DNA of 64,000 nt, from NCBI GenBank assembly GCA_973895155.1, contig OZ316894.1, forward strand, positions 20,590,451-20,654,450, given 5' to 3'. This DNA is from Marsupella aquatica (lineage: Eukaryota; Plantae; Marchantiophyta). The translations under genes and the position numbers were made by a program. A model generated the notes under the pieces. It searched no databases. It was not told where the DNA came from and was given only the letters and a program-made list of their open reading frames with translations. How positions within the stretch are numbered: the stretch's first letter is position 1; every line of letters begins with the position of its first letter. Below, in pieces: positions 50,001 through 62,956 of this stretch.

Positions 50001-51496
50001 GTGGCGGGCTTTGGTCCCTGCTAATGAGCTCATGATTTCCAAAAGCAAATAAAGCTACACAAAACAATTGTTATCAAGAACGGTGCAGCTTCATGTAGCA
50101 ACATCAAATTATTATGCACTCCCTTATGTATTAGGCAAAGAAGTGAGATATATTTAGTGTGGATGAGATGTGGAGAGATGCTAGCTTTAGGATTTGAAAT
50201 TGATCACACCAATGTACTTTAGCTCCAAACAATTAAGGTAGAGGTTAGAGCTTTAGATAGATTGGTTAAAAGGTGAATCAACCAATCTTCTTGTTGAATA
50301 TAATCTTTCACCAAATTCTCAATCTTAATTATAAATTTCAATTTGAACTTATGTTATTGCAACTATCATGCACATATGACATCAATAATTATTATTTACC
50401 TTGTATTTGTTATGGTTTTTCCAACAAACTAAATGAATTATCTTGACCTTGTAGTTCTTACCCACAGGAATTAATGAGATTAATTTGGTATGCATGCTCT
50501 CTTACATGGATATTAAGGATAATTTCTCTCTATTGTAGGTATCTGCAACAAACATTCTAAGAATAATCCATCATAGAAACAAAAATCCAATTTGCTATTA
50601 CATAAGAGATAGAATAAGAAGTTTACAGATTTGCATATCAAGTCATGATAGTTTTAAAGATTTTAGAAAATTCCAAGTCAAGATTGAGACACCTCGACTT
50701 CTTGGTCTAAACCAACAATACACCCTACTCCCATTGGTGACATAAGTGGATATATCGTGGAATATATTTGATATGGGCTTGGTTAATGTCACACCTATTG
50801 ATCTATGTTAATCGTTTAGTTACCTTAAAAAAAGCACACCTTAGAACCCAAATCATATATAATCTTGCTCTTAATTACCCTAGTTAAATGTCCCCCAATT
50901 TAACTGCATTTTTTCTTTTATGTTTCCCTTCAATCTGTAGTACATGTGAGCATTGACTTAAACATCCAAACATAACAGTAGGAGAGCATGTACTACCTTT
51001 CTTACAAGGTAACGCAACCTATTTGGATGCACTTAATTTACACAAATTGGATAACATCTTCCCTAAGCATGGGTATGTACTATTTGAAAGACACCCGTCA
51101 GATTGGGACAAAATGGATTCCAACAACCATTGCAGTTTAAAAATGTTTTTTTTTAATGTTTTTTAATAAATTTTTAAGGGACATCTGTGAAACCCCACAG
51201 AAAGGGAAGAGTCAGCCACATTGGTACTCTACTTTCCTTCAGCAACAGCAACCACAGGAATGGGGAAGTTTGAATACCACTGACCCTATGGATTGCGTAG
51301 GTCCCACAATGAATACGCTTGCCAGACAATTTGTTTGTCTTCAGTGGTGGCAAACACCAACAGGCAAGAGTCAACAGCTCAAAATATAGCAATCGGTTCA
51401 CTTATTCAAGTGGGGGTTCAAGAAATAGTGAAAGATTGAAGTGGGAACTTGGACTTTTTGTCAAAGCACGCACATCCTCTACCGTGATATATGTGA

Positions 51497-54400
51497 TTGA
51501 AGACGTTTGATGTTCTGACGAGTGAGGACATGGATGACCATAGTGTGACCCTGAAAGTAAAATGTGAGTGCAAGTATAGGTGTTCACGAACTAGTGCAGG
51601 CTTTGATTTTGTCAGTAAGAGGACGCGAGGTCATCACGCAATCAAGGATAAAAAAGGAATTCTAATTGATGCTCGACTTCTTCCGTGCAATCCTATTGCA
51701 CCAACACCTTCAACACATAGGCCAAGCTATGCCGAAGAGAGGGCGCCCCCGTCTGATGCCTCCCAAAATTTGCCTCATGACTTCTCCAAGTTGTCAAGGA
51801 CGCACAGATGGAGAATACAAAGCACGCTCCTTCAGAGAGCATTGTTGGGGATAACTACTGGACCTGATAGGGATTCAAACTATATTCCTCATGTGGTTAC
51901 TGAATCACAAGAATGGTTTGAAGCAACTTGCCCTCCAACGCCGAATACCCATGTAGACGCTGACAATTCAACGATTGTACTTGATGAAATTCCTCTGACT
52001 TTAAATGAGGCTATTTACAGGGAGACGTGGAGAATGCAATCGATGTTGGATTTTGCAAAGGTTTCTATAAACTTGCAGGACCAAATATTGAGAGCTTTGT
52101 TTCAACAGGTGGATGCAAGTGCCGTTGTAGATTACCGAGGTATGCCACTTGGGTCGTTGTTGAGGCACGCCAAAACAGATTGGGATGGCGGACCCCTGGG
52201 AATACCTTCCCTTGGGACCTTCAGTGGGCTGGCATCTGCATACGAGGTGATGGGTGCTCTGCAACCAGAGACATGGCGTTTGTGTATTGGCCAGGACAAC
52301 AATTTTCACGAACCAAAGGCGTATGGCCCAAGCACTCAAGACAACCAGTTACCTATAGGAGCAAACAACCCGTCTTGCATAGCGTGCACCGAATGCATGA
52401 CTAGAAAAGTAAAGTGCAGAGATTGTGAATTTTGCAATGACCGCTGTGATGTCCCTAACTGTCAACTTCAACGTAAACATATGATAAAGTTTTACTACCT
52501 CCCGATTGGGCCATTGATTAGGCACTTGTGCAAATCAAGAAGCATATGTCATGAAATTCTGATGCTGTGGCGGGAGCAAGGACGCTGGTTATTGCCTAGT
52601 AGTGTGCATCATGATGATGTTATCAAAGAATGGTGGGATGGCACGAAAGCAAAAGAAAATGCATTCTTCTGGGATCCGTCCTCCACATATGAGTTACCCG
52701 TGGTGTGCCCAAATTGTTGGAAAGGCCACGCGACGTACCCAGAGAGATCAGAGGTCCTGGCAAAGGGTTTGAAGGCAGTGGAGGACGACCACATCTATGA
52801 TTTCCTTTGTACTTGCGGGAAACCAATCAAGATTCGACCCACATATTTGAAGGTGAGTGTTTATTTAATTTCTTGCAGTGCCTTGTCATCACATTTATGC
52901 AATCAATAAATCCGGCAAATGCTGACGATACCCTTTCTCCTGTTGTGGAGTCCATCAGGGTGACCCTCGCAACATTGGACTAATGGCACACTGGGATGGT
53001 TTCCAGTCGGCGTCTTCAGTGATGCGAAGTACATGGACAGTGGAGGTAAGTATTCTCAATACGGGTAGCCAATCCGACATTAGGCGTCCTGTACCAATTC
53101 TATTCATACCAAATAGCGCCACGGAAAAGATCACAAAGATTAAACTCCATGTTTTAGAGGCATTCATGGAGCCTGTCTATCGAGATCTCCAGATGTTGGC
53201 GACTACCGGATTCCCGCTCCATTTCTTGTATGCACCCGAGCTTATTCATCCCCTCATCACGTCTGCAGACATGGTATGCAAGGTAAGACTAATGGTGTTC
53301 ACAGGTGACCACCCAGCCCAATGCAAATTTGGAGGGTGGTGTCAAAGGGGGAAAGCACCATGATGGAGATGCCAAGTGCAAGGCACTTGGAAGAAAGCTT
53401 CAAACACGACTGGCAGAGGGCCAAAAGGAATTATTGTCTATGGTAACAATCACTTTTTGCATTGCCATCCTCCTGCCAAACGTGATTTGAAAGCCACACG
53501 AGCTGCTGCCGAGAGGTACCCTCTCTATGATACTGAAGTTACAAGGTTACGCATATCCCAGGAGCATGGAATCAACCAATTGTCCAAGGCTTGGAGGTTA
53601 TCAGATACGTTTGGTTTCTGTTTGATTTCAGATCTAGTATACGATGTCATGCACGTCCTCGCATTGAATGTCTTCAAGACTTACGTAACAAACTTGATAA
53701 AAAGTTTGACACCTTTGCAAATGACAGTCCTGGAAGAAGCTTTAGCGGAGGTGACTGCTAGGAAGCCCAAAGGACTAGATGGTAGATGGCCCAAAGATCC
53801 ACGGGATAGGCTAGGCTACTTCAAGGCGGAGGAGTACACTCGCTTTGTTATCTATTGCCTACCACACATTCTATATAGTTTAGGATTTGGTCTTGACACT
53901 CCCCTAGGTTCTATTGGTATGCTTCTGTTTGAGATTGGAAGATTGTTTTACATACATAGTAGAGAAGGTGGATGGCGGAATTCAACGTTAGAGACAGCGC
54001 GGAGTCTACTAGCATCATGGCGTGTGAGGAGCATTTTGGAGTGAATGGCTCAGTCCTTGAGCATGTTGCAGGTTCGTTCCTTGAATGTTTTCACACCAAT
54101 CCATTCAACACATTTTGACAGATGTCAGTGTTGTTGACGCCCCCATGTGTGGTTCATGAACCGGCAGATTTTGTTGATTCTATCATTTTGTTGACGCTAT
54201 CAATAGTGATTGGCATTCCAGGCAGCGGGGAGTTGCTCGATGACATAAAACGGCATGGCCCACACTGGGTCTATTGGTGCTATCCGTTTGAACGCATGGT
54301 CGCTGGATATGGGGGGGACGGCAATGAACAAGAAGGAAATGGAGCTCACTTTCACTTCACATCATGTAAGGCAGTTTTTTTACGAAAACATGCTTGTCAA

Positions 54401-55584
54401 TCTGGAACGATGATGATGGCTTCCTGCCACATCATCGAGCATTGTTGGAAGCACATTGACATCTTCGGCCAACAAGAGCAGACAACTTGGAACATGTTAG
54501 CAAAGACAACCGAGATTTGTCATGCCCAGAGTGGCATGCAAACTGTATTGTGGTAGTATCATCACAAGAACAAGCTCTATCACTTTGGAGGAGCCTGAAT
54601 ATGTTGACTGTAGATTCTTACTGCAGACGTTCAATACTGTGTAGAGGAATAGGAGTGGGGATGGTAGGCAGAAGAGTTAGGAAGCGTGTCATGGCAAATG
54701 ACGCCAGAAATTTTGTGAAATGGCATTGGGGCGTGCTGGGAGTGTCAACTTCTCTATTTTGATCTGTAATGGAATTTAAAGCCACACCTATTAAATCAGT
54801 TGTTTTAAGAGACACTCTTTTCAGGATTGGGGACCATGTCATAGTGTTGACTGACGATGACACCAGGACTGCAGAGTTCAGTTGGAACTGGAGGGCAGTC
54901 ATAGTCGACTTCTTTGTCCACGACTTTATGGGCCACCAAGAGTTGTTTTTTGAGGCAAAGTGGTTTCATATACAACGATCTCAAAATAATGACATCATAA
55001 CAGACCAACTCTCAGGTTTACCACTACTGGATGCCACAGCAGAGCACTATGGTGATATGAGTTTCCGACCTGTATCACGCTTGTTACATAAGTTCATACC
55101 CATTTATCGTCAAGCTGGCAGAAGTTCATCTGAAATTGTATGTATGGAACTTCAAGATAGGAGCCACAGGAAGCAGCTGGAAACATTCTGCCTTCACACT
55201 TGTCCGAGTCACCCAGAAGTAGACGATGTAGTGGAAGTTCGTACAGATGGAGAGTACAAAGTTGCTTGTATAAGGAGTGTAAAACCAGCAGAAGTCGAAG
55301 CGGAGGCAGACGTCTATGTTGACAGGGGACACGACCCTCCTAGAAGGCATCATTACAACACGGAACCAGTGGAAGATGACGATCGCCAAGAACAAGTCCT
55401 TGCAACTAGTAGCAGGAGTTCCAACACCGTCCAAGTTAGTTGGGTGAATAGACGCATCCGGGACGGGTGTCAGGTGTGGGAGGCATCTGTCAGCATTAAT
55501 GCTGACGTTTTGGTTGTAGACGTTGAAGGGCTAGTAACAGGGTTGGAAGTAGTGAAGCGGAGCAGAGGGGGTTATCCTCTCTAG
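51497..55584 (+). pseudogene. CACTA/EnSpm (Tnp2/Transposase_21-like) transposase, degenerate, with C-terminal BAH-like region
   Basis: In-frame intron 52853-52958 gives LK|GDPRNIGLMAHWDGF. Further motifs GDHPAQCK, YDVMH and FKAEEY. Intron 54072-54221 gives EHVAG-SGELLDDIKRHGPHWVYWCYPFERM. Stops at 53361 and 54760, and several frameshifts. True start uncertain. Confidence 0.8.
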
Positions 55585-56049
55585 TGGTCGAACTGAACAT
55601 AAGTTACTCTTTCTATTTGAAAAGAGCCGGCCGCTGCTCTACTACAATTACCATCCTCTGTACTTGATTTTGTCATAGTAAGGAATGCCACCCGCCATTC
55701 TTGGGCTGACGTTTTTAAGCATGGACTGTTGTGTTGCCAAATTCATTTGGTGATGTCGTGCGGATTGTTGGGGATGAATGTTTGCCACAGTTCTCCACAA
55801 ATATAGTAGGTCATTTGTGTCATAAGTTTCCGAAAGTAACTTACAAAGGGAAGAGCATGACCTGCTCAGCTTGAGTACAATATTTTTTGGAATGTGGATC
55901 ATTTCAAAAATGGGCGGCGCAGATGATATTGGACAACGTCCAAATTTAGTTCCAGTCTTGGAGTCTCTGTTTGTCGCCACTTGAGGACTGCACCTTTTGT
56001 GTTGTGGCCCTATTGTTTTTTATTTTGGTACTTGTTTAGAAAGAACATC

Positions 56050-57333
56050 TATCGAGGGAGTTTCCAATGGCGCCTGGGAGGGGTGCAATTGGATGAGTGA
56101 CAAAGTACAAGCCACCAAAGGATTTGAAGATTTACGACGGTGGTAAGCGCAACAACATCATTGTTCATGTTATGTGGAATTTCTAATTGTAAATCGCCAA
56201 TCTAAATCGTTGACGGATTTTGCAGAGATGAAGGCACATTTGCATTATGTCACAGCAGACTGGATACGGGCAACGCTGGCTACGACAGATACGGGGCTTC
56301 TGGCTGTAATGGGACTGTTGACTTCGTTTTCATTGAATTACGAGGGTTACAATGTACATTGACCAAATTTCCAACGCCTTGCCTAACTTTTGAACTTTCA
56401 TAGGTCACTTTTCCAACGAGTTGCTTAACTTTTGAGCTTTCATAGGTCACTTTTAAGTGTATGTTAGGTTTGTTACTATAAGTAAATGTTATTGCATTCT
56501 GTTCTTCATTTGTTGAGCAGATGGAGTTCCTTCGTTACTTCCTGCAATATTTTGATCCAGAGACACAGGAGATATGCGAAGGCGAGAACGTCGTGCGAAT
56601 TGGACCTACTGTCATTTGAGAAGCAATGTGCTTTGCAACTACTAGAGAGGAAAACAGAGCGAAACGACGATTGTGTGATACTGATGATTTGTTTTCAAAG
56701 GGCAAACAATCTGGGAATGGGTATAGAATTCAGCTTTGTGTGCATGAAGACTGGAAGCCTATCATGCGTGTGGTGAATAGATTGTTTCTTGGTTCGACAA
56801 AACCCGAGACTGTGAACGGAGAGGTTGCGTACTACTACAAAGCATTCACGAAAGGCTTGGGGAAGCCGCCATGGGCGAATTTGGTGGAGGATCTGCTCAC
56901 AAAAGCAGTGAAGGGTATGCAAACCCATATGAAGAGCTTGGATATAGGGATGACTACAAGTCGTCCATATGGATTTTACGGAAGTACAGCCGTTTGCCAT
57001 GTGGTGAGGTATTTGATCCTTAAAGGTAGATTGATGAAGAAATTCAGATGTTCTCCTGAGCTGATCACGAGTGATGATCTTGTCAGATTGGGGCCTGGTT
57101 CCGATTCTGTGGTACACTCGTCACAGCGCACAAAACCAGCTAACCCTAACAAAAAGCGGGGTTTGGAAATTGGGAGAAGAAAAATCAAACTGTACGAGGC
57201 AGACAAGAATATGTAAACGCCAATGCTGCAGTAAGACCAAGTAGAAAGCGTCTCCAAGAGTCACCAACAAACATTGGGAGCTCATGTTCAGTTCGGAGGA
57301 AGATAGGTCAAACTAGTGATGATGTGGTATGGG
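56050..57333 (+). pseudogene. Probable CACTA accessory gene fragments, truncated by the gypsy insertion
   Basis: Protein-like ORFs 56174-56362 and 56626-57216 with splice-like sites, directly downstream of the transposase. No family recognised. Confidence 0.4.
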
Positions 57334-58684
57334 TGTCCCTGCAATTTTTTCTGGAAACTTGTTTATTTTTAGCATATCACAAGATTTACTTACACTTTAG
57401 ACACCTTCCGGCCAACATTTACTTGTTCTGGACACTTATAGAAATATTTGACATCTCCGGCTTTCCTGACGATTCCTAGTGTACTTTGCCCGACGCTGTG
57501 ACCAGCGCCCGTTTCTTTTACTCAAGACGCTGCGGAAGCGTCCAACCTCCTCATGACGCTTTTGGCAGTGCCCGACCGCCACCAAGACTCTATGAGGATT
57601 TCGACCGACGCTGTGGAAAGCGTCAGCTTCAACACACGACGCTGTGAGCAGCGTCCACCCTAGTATTGACGCTGTGAGCAGTGTGAGCAGCGTCCGTTGG
57701 TTTTACTTAAGACGCTTCTAGCAGCGTCCGCTCAACACTTAGTTTTTGAAGTAGATTACTAGTAAAGTAGTATTCTACCACCCTTGTTGAAGTACTTATG
57801 CTGTGCTTCTCCCTTGTTTAGTTTTAAGCTTGGAAAGGCACGACTGTTCTTACCTCCTCCATTTTAGGATTCCAGCACTTATAAGACAGAGTAGAATGCT
57901 CATTTGAAGTAGAGAGAAATAGAGTTAATACTGTATTCAGAATTGAGTCTTCTGAATAGTTTTCTCCTCCTTCCATTGTAACAAGGCATGCTGTGAGTGT
58001 TTTGTATGGAAGTAAAGCTATATTGATTGAAGTTAAGATTGAATTCAAGAGATTCCTGTGGTGATTGAATTCAGTTGCAGATTTCTGAAACTCGTATTGA
58101 ATTCACTGCTAGGCTTGCTTGCAGAGTCGGGATTCGCTAGCCAATTCAAGAATAGTTAATGATAAATGAGAAGTAAATTCTGATTCTCAGAGTAGTTAGT
58201 ACTGTTGCTTTGATTCTGGAATATGGTTTAGAGTTTGACTGAATTGCGTATCGCTGATGTCAAACCATGTTGACGGCATTTTAAATCATATCATTCATTT
58301 GCAATCAGAAAGCTTCTGCTTCATCAGATTGAGAATTCCATTATCATTAACCTTTGTGTTTTGAAGAGTGAGATGGATGAATTATGAGATAGATTTCATG
58401 TCTATACTGAGCCCAAATCCTTTCTGAAGGAGTGGCAGTAGCAGCTTGTAGTCTCTAAATCCTTACTCATTTCTTCTCTAATTCATAAATCAGAAGTTCA
58501 GTTACTTTGTTGTTTGTTTATTCGATTTTTTTTATTGAGAAGTGAAGTCAACATAGAGCTCAAGACTCTAAATCACTCGGAGTGATAAAAGTTATACAAT
58601 TCATTCTGAAATCTGTTCTTAAAGGGATCGAAACCCTGGTTTTAGGTGAGGAGAGTCACTTTTGATACTTAGCACTATACGACA
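57334..58684 (+). repeat. 5' LTR of gypsy element (~1.35 kb)
   Basis: The 3' end GACA is fixed by the PBS. The 5' end TGTC at 57334 is inferred from the inverted terminus and from interruption of upstream coding sequence; the TSD cannot be checked. Confidence 0.65.
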
Positions 58685-58690
58685 TCTTTT

Positions 58691-58708
58691 TGGCGCCGCT
58701 GCCGGGGA
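58691..58708 (+). promoter_or_regulatory. Primer binding site (tRNA-Asp)
   Basis: TGGCGCCGCTGCCGGGGA vs Athila-type TGGCGCCGTTGCCGGGGA. Confidence 0.9.
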
Positions 58709-59902
58709 ACGAATTTAAGATTGAATTGACGTACAGGCAGTGTATGCCAGAAGGAGCTAGACGGGAGAGGAATTCACGTTCTACTATAATTGTGAAGATG
58801 CGTCATCACTCCAGTTAAAAAGATGAAGAGCTTCCATTTCGAGGTGATGCCGTACTCTATCCAAAGCGCCCCGGAAGCTCTCTTAAGAGTATTGGAAAAA
58901 TTTGTGGTGCCAAACTTAAGAGAAGAAACCGCCCTCCCACCAGAAAAGGCCTCACAGAGAGGAGCTGTTGCTCGTCAAGTTGCTTTGGAGATAGTCGAAG
59001 ACACCAAAGACACTTTGAGTGACAAGTGAAGTTATTCTAACGTTGCTCGGGACGTATGATTTGTAAAATTGTCCAACCATCCTGGTTCGTGTGACCGATG
59101 CCACCTATCCGATCTTTGGGAACATTAAGAATTAGGAATTTGAGGAATCGTTATGTTAATTCTTGGGTTCTGAGCCTGAGAGGGAGGAATGGCATACATT
59201 GGTTAACTATCACCTGGTGGGAAGATGAAAGTTTGCATTTAGTAATATTAAGGCTGAATGGTAGGATCACACAGGAGTGATATTTAGTCATTTCCATTCG
59301 GGAGTTAGCGGAAAGAATCATGCACCAGGAATTGCGTAGAAGATTAGGAAGGAGTTAGACGTCTGATTAGTAGGATGGCCTAGTGTAGCGTACCATGTGG
59401 TAAAGAAATTTCAGGGTGAAGGAAGTCGGAGATTATGGGGAACGCCCGGTTCCAGTAATCGCCACCGTAAAGGAGATAAGGAAGGACGCCGCGAAGAGCG
59501 TCCAATGCGATTCGTCCCAGAAGATTCCGCAAGTCAGGACGCTTCGAGTAGCGTCCGATCCCAGTGGACGCTGTGAGCAGCGTCCGGTGGAATCTGTGAC
59601 GAACCAACGTGCGCGACGCTTCTGGTGTGCCTTTCCGCGTCTCAACCTGAAGGACGCACCAGAGAAAACGAGGTTTTAGAATCTCGGCTGGTCACTGAAG
59701 GGAAGTATTAGCTACGGGATAGCAAGGGGGAGGAATCATGCAAGGGATGTTGAACGACGCTACGGGAAGTCACTTTGAGGAAGCAGGTTCATATCTCCCG
59801 GAGTGGGGTGATAACGTCGCACCTAAATGGTGACTCCTTGCATAAAGACTCCTGAGGAGCGGGTCTGGTGTCTCAAAATCACCCGTGCTTGGAGAATGAG
59901 GG

Positions 59903-62900
59903 ATGTCTGAGGGAGATCCACCGAATAAAAGAAAACCTACCAAGACCTCCAGTAATTCGGATGCTGCAAAATTAGTAGTGACCCCTCGCACATTGTTACC
60001 CGAATTCCAGTCACCAGGAGCACCTGCACCGGGTAGTGTGTGGAAACAAGTGGGATCTATTCAAGAGGCAAGTGGCTCTTTGGAAAGGCCCACGTCGACC
60101 CGACCCCTGTTTGTAAATCTTCGTTCAGGTCCAAAACTTATTGGTTCTCAAAAGACCAAGCTCCGCCAGCAGACAGTACGTTCGGTGAACCAAATTGACT
60201 CTGGTGTGGATAGTACCACTGAGAGGGCCTTATCTCATACCGAAGGAAGAAATTTGGGTTTGCCCGAGAATACAGTTGCAGAATCGCTGGCCCAAGATAA
60301 TTCTGTCGATCTTTCACAATTGGATAATCCAGAACCACTGAGTGAAGCCGGTGGTTCGTCTTCTAGTGAGACAAGCAGCAGTTCAGGCTTGGGCAGCCCA
60401 AACCCATTTGCTACCCGATCAGCTCTTCCTTTCGTTACCCTCCTAGCTCCAACCACGATGGCTCGAAATAATGTGAGGTACGACCGGTTCTTCGGTACTT
60501 CCAAGGAGGATGCAGAGGTGTATTTGAAAGAATTTGAAGCTGCAGCTGCATCCAATGGACAGAGTCAAGACGCTGAAAAAGCCAATCTGTTTGGTGGTCT
60601 AATGAAAAAGGGTGCTCAGAAATGGTATGACCGTTTTCCGGACAAGCAGGATTGGGGGAAATTGAAGGCTGCTTTCTTGGCCAAATATAAAGAAGAAGGA
60701 GCAGCTGCGCGTGCCTTTGCCCGAATCTCACATCTGCACATGAAGAAACATGGGTCTGTGAGGAAATATGCCGACAAATTATTGGATTTGGTAGATCAAT
60801 ATAATCCAGCTACCTCGAAATCTACTATCAAGGACTGGTTTATTAACGGTTTACCCTCCAGGATTGCTCGTTACGTGAGACGAGAAGGTGGCACCACTTT
60901 GGAAGAAGTACAAGAGGCAGCCCAGAAGTACGTAGACTCGGAGATTTCAGAGAGAAAACGAGTTAAGAAGGACCTGAAGAAAGACAAAAGAAAGAAGAAG
61001 AAAACGTCCAGGTCTAAATCTGACTCGGAGACGGAATCAAGTGGAAGTAGCACTAGTGAGGAGGACGAGAGTACAAATTCGAGCACTAGTGATAGTTCAA
61101 GCTCAAGTTCCGACTCAGAATCCGTTGCTCCTAAAAAGAAGAAATCCTCTGTAAAAGGGAATAATAAAGTTCCCAACCAGAAGAAGATGGATCGCATGAT
61201 GGAAGAACTCTCTGGCCAATTGTCCAAGTTGAATGTCAATATCGCCGCGGTAAAACCAGTACGAAGGTTGCCTGCTCCCATGAGAATGAACGTATGGTGC
61301 ACCCGATGCAGTCAGCAGGGCCATTACCCGAACGAGTGCCCCACATTACGAACCCCGGTGAATTATGTAGATGGTCAAGAAGAGGCTGAGGAGTATGAGT
61401 ACGATCCCACGTATACCGTCCAAACAGCACCCCCTGGACAGTATTTCCCACCACCTCCTGCTTCCAGACCGACTTGGGGACCACCTAAGCCCACTTTCAA
61501 TAAACCAACGTCAAGACCACCCATGGGACCCCCGGGAGGATACCCACCACGAGGAATGCCGCGTCAAAAAGGGGCTTGTTGGAATTGTGGCCAACCTGAT
61601 CATTATTCACCCCAGTGCCCTTATCCCAAACAGGAGGTGGGGTATACACCTGTCTGTGGGAACTGTGGAAAAGAAGGACACTTACCGGTGGAATGCCCGA
61701 ATCCGGCTAAGCCTAGGCTGATGGTTCGATTTGCTCAAGAGCCAGTTAAAGAAGCAAGTCGACCTGAAGCCAAGATTCGGATGGTTTATTCTGAAGAGAT
61801 GGAGCAATGCAGCTTCATTCAACATATGGATGTAAATCGGGTGGAATTAAAGCCAGATTCACTTTTTCATCAACCAGTATCCGGGGTGGTGCCTGATGTC
61901 TTGGTAAGTCATTTAGTGAAACCTGAAGTAGTTGGTATGCCGAATGATCGAGTTCAGAATCGGGATAAAGTTCTGACTAATATTTACGCAACTACTCGTT
62001 CGAAGAAAAAGGAGACCAAGAAGCACGAGCATCAGAAGGTCGCGAAAGCTCCCAAGGATGAAGGGCGCAAGCCATGTAAGGAAGGCCTCGACAAAGAAGA
62101 CGACCCTGCTTATGACCGATATGACCCAAAATACTTCTTGCCCGACATCTCTTTGGAAGTGAAAGACCATCTGGAAGAGCTAGTTAAGGAGCAAGTGCAA
62201 TCTCCTAACCCACCAGTAGTAGTCAAAGCTAAAGAGCCACTGAAAAATCCAGGTTATGATATTGTTGAAGATGTCAAGAATCATCCTGCACATATCACCA
62301 TTGGGGAATTATTACAGGACAATCCGGTTTATAGGCGACAGCTGAGGAGCCTCCTTGCAGGAAAACGGAGGAAGAAGAAGTTACCTTCGGTGGATGTGCT
62401 ACGAACAGAGTGGGAGGACAAAGGACCGATGGAAATTGAGGTTCAAATCCAGGGGTGTGTCATTCGGAGAGTTCCTGTGGATGGAGGAGCCAGCGTTAAT
62501 CTGATTACACAGTCAGCAGCATTTAATTTGGGTTTCACTAAGTTTGAGCCCACTCCCAAGATTTTGCGCATGGCGGATCAGTCTCGTGTGGTACCCATAG
62601 GGAAGCTGACCAGAGTAGAAACTTTGATTGCTGGTGTCCCTTTTCTGTTGGATTATGTGGTTATTAATCCGGAAATACCATCCAGCTTTCCTGTTTTGTT
62701 AGGCCGACCATGGTTGTATAAGGCTCAAGTTCAGGTTAATTGGCAATCTCAAGAGCTTTCATTTGGGAAGCCTAAGGTGACTGTTAGTTGGGTTCCGGAA
62801 CCACATTTTGGAGAAACACAAACAGATGATGGGTACACCTCGGATTTTTCGACCTCTTCGCTAGTCCTGCAGCCATTGGAATTTGAACTGGAGGAAGTTC

Positions 62901-62956
62901 GTTACTTGGAAGTTTATCTGTCTGATGCTCCCATAAAACCAACTAGGCCCTCCTGA
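59903..62956 (+). CDS. gag: Gypsy Gag-protease (1017 aa; three CCHC knuckles; aspartic protease VDGGASVN)
   Basis: WYDR...WGKLKAAFL, WFINGL, CTRCSQQGHYPNEC, CWNCGQPDHYSPQC, CGNCGKEGHLPVEC, LLGRPWL. Confidence 0.93.
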   Translation: MSEGDPPNKRKPTKTSSNSDAAKLVVTPRTLLPEFQSPGAPAPGSVWKQVGSIQEASGSLERPTSTRPLFVNLRSGPKLIGSQKTKLRQQTVRSVNQIDSGVDSTTERALSHTEGRNLGLPENTVAESLAQDNSVDLSQLDNPEPLSEAGGSSSSETSSSSGLGSPNPFATRSALPFVTLLAPTTMARNNVRYDRFFGTSKEDAEVYLKEFEAAAASNGQSQDAEKANLFGGLMKKGAQKWYDRFPDKQDWGKLKAAFLAKYKEEGAAARAFARISHLHMKKHGSVRKYADKLLDLVDQYNPATSKSTIKDWFINGLPSRIARYVRREGGTTLEEVQEAAQKYVDSEISERKRVKKDLKKDKRKKKKTSRSKSDSETESSGSSTSEEDESTNSSTSDSSSSSSDSESVAPKKKKSSVKGNNKVPNQKKMDRMMEELSGQLSKLNVNIAAVKPVRRLPAPMRMNVWCTRCSQQGHYPNECPTLRTPVNYVDGQEEAEEYEYDPTYTVQTAPPGQYFPPPPASRPTWGPPKPTFNKPTSRPPMGPPGGYPPRGMPRQKGACWNCGQPDHYSPQCPYPKQEVGYTPVCGNCGKEGHLPVECPNPAKPRLMVRFAQEPVKEASRPEAKIRMVYSEEMEQCSFIQHMDVNRVELKPDSLFHQPVSGVVPDVLVSHLVKPEVVGMPNDRVQNRDKVLTNIYATTRSKKKETKKHEHQKVAKAPKDEGRKPCKEGLDKEDDPAYDRYDPKYFLPDISLEVKDHLEELVKEQVQSPNPPVVVKAKEPLKNPGYDIVEDVKNHPAHITIGELLQDNPVYRRQLRSLLAGKRRKKKLPSVDVLRTEWEDKGPMEIEVQIQGCVIRRVPVDGGASVNLITQSAAFNLGFTKFEPTPKILRMADQSRVVPIGKLTRVETLIAGVPFLLDYVVINPEIPSSFPVLLGRPWLYKAQVQVNWQSQELSFGKPKVTVSWVPEPHFGETQTDDGYTSDFSTSSLVLQPLEFELEEVRYLEVYLSDAPIKPTRPS

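Noticed and set aside
58744-59680. Extra 5' ORF in the gypsy leader (Ogre-like ORF1)
   Set aside because: Only short ORFs under 90 aa, broken by stops in all frames.
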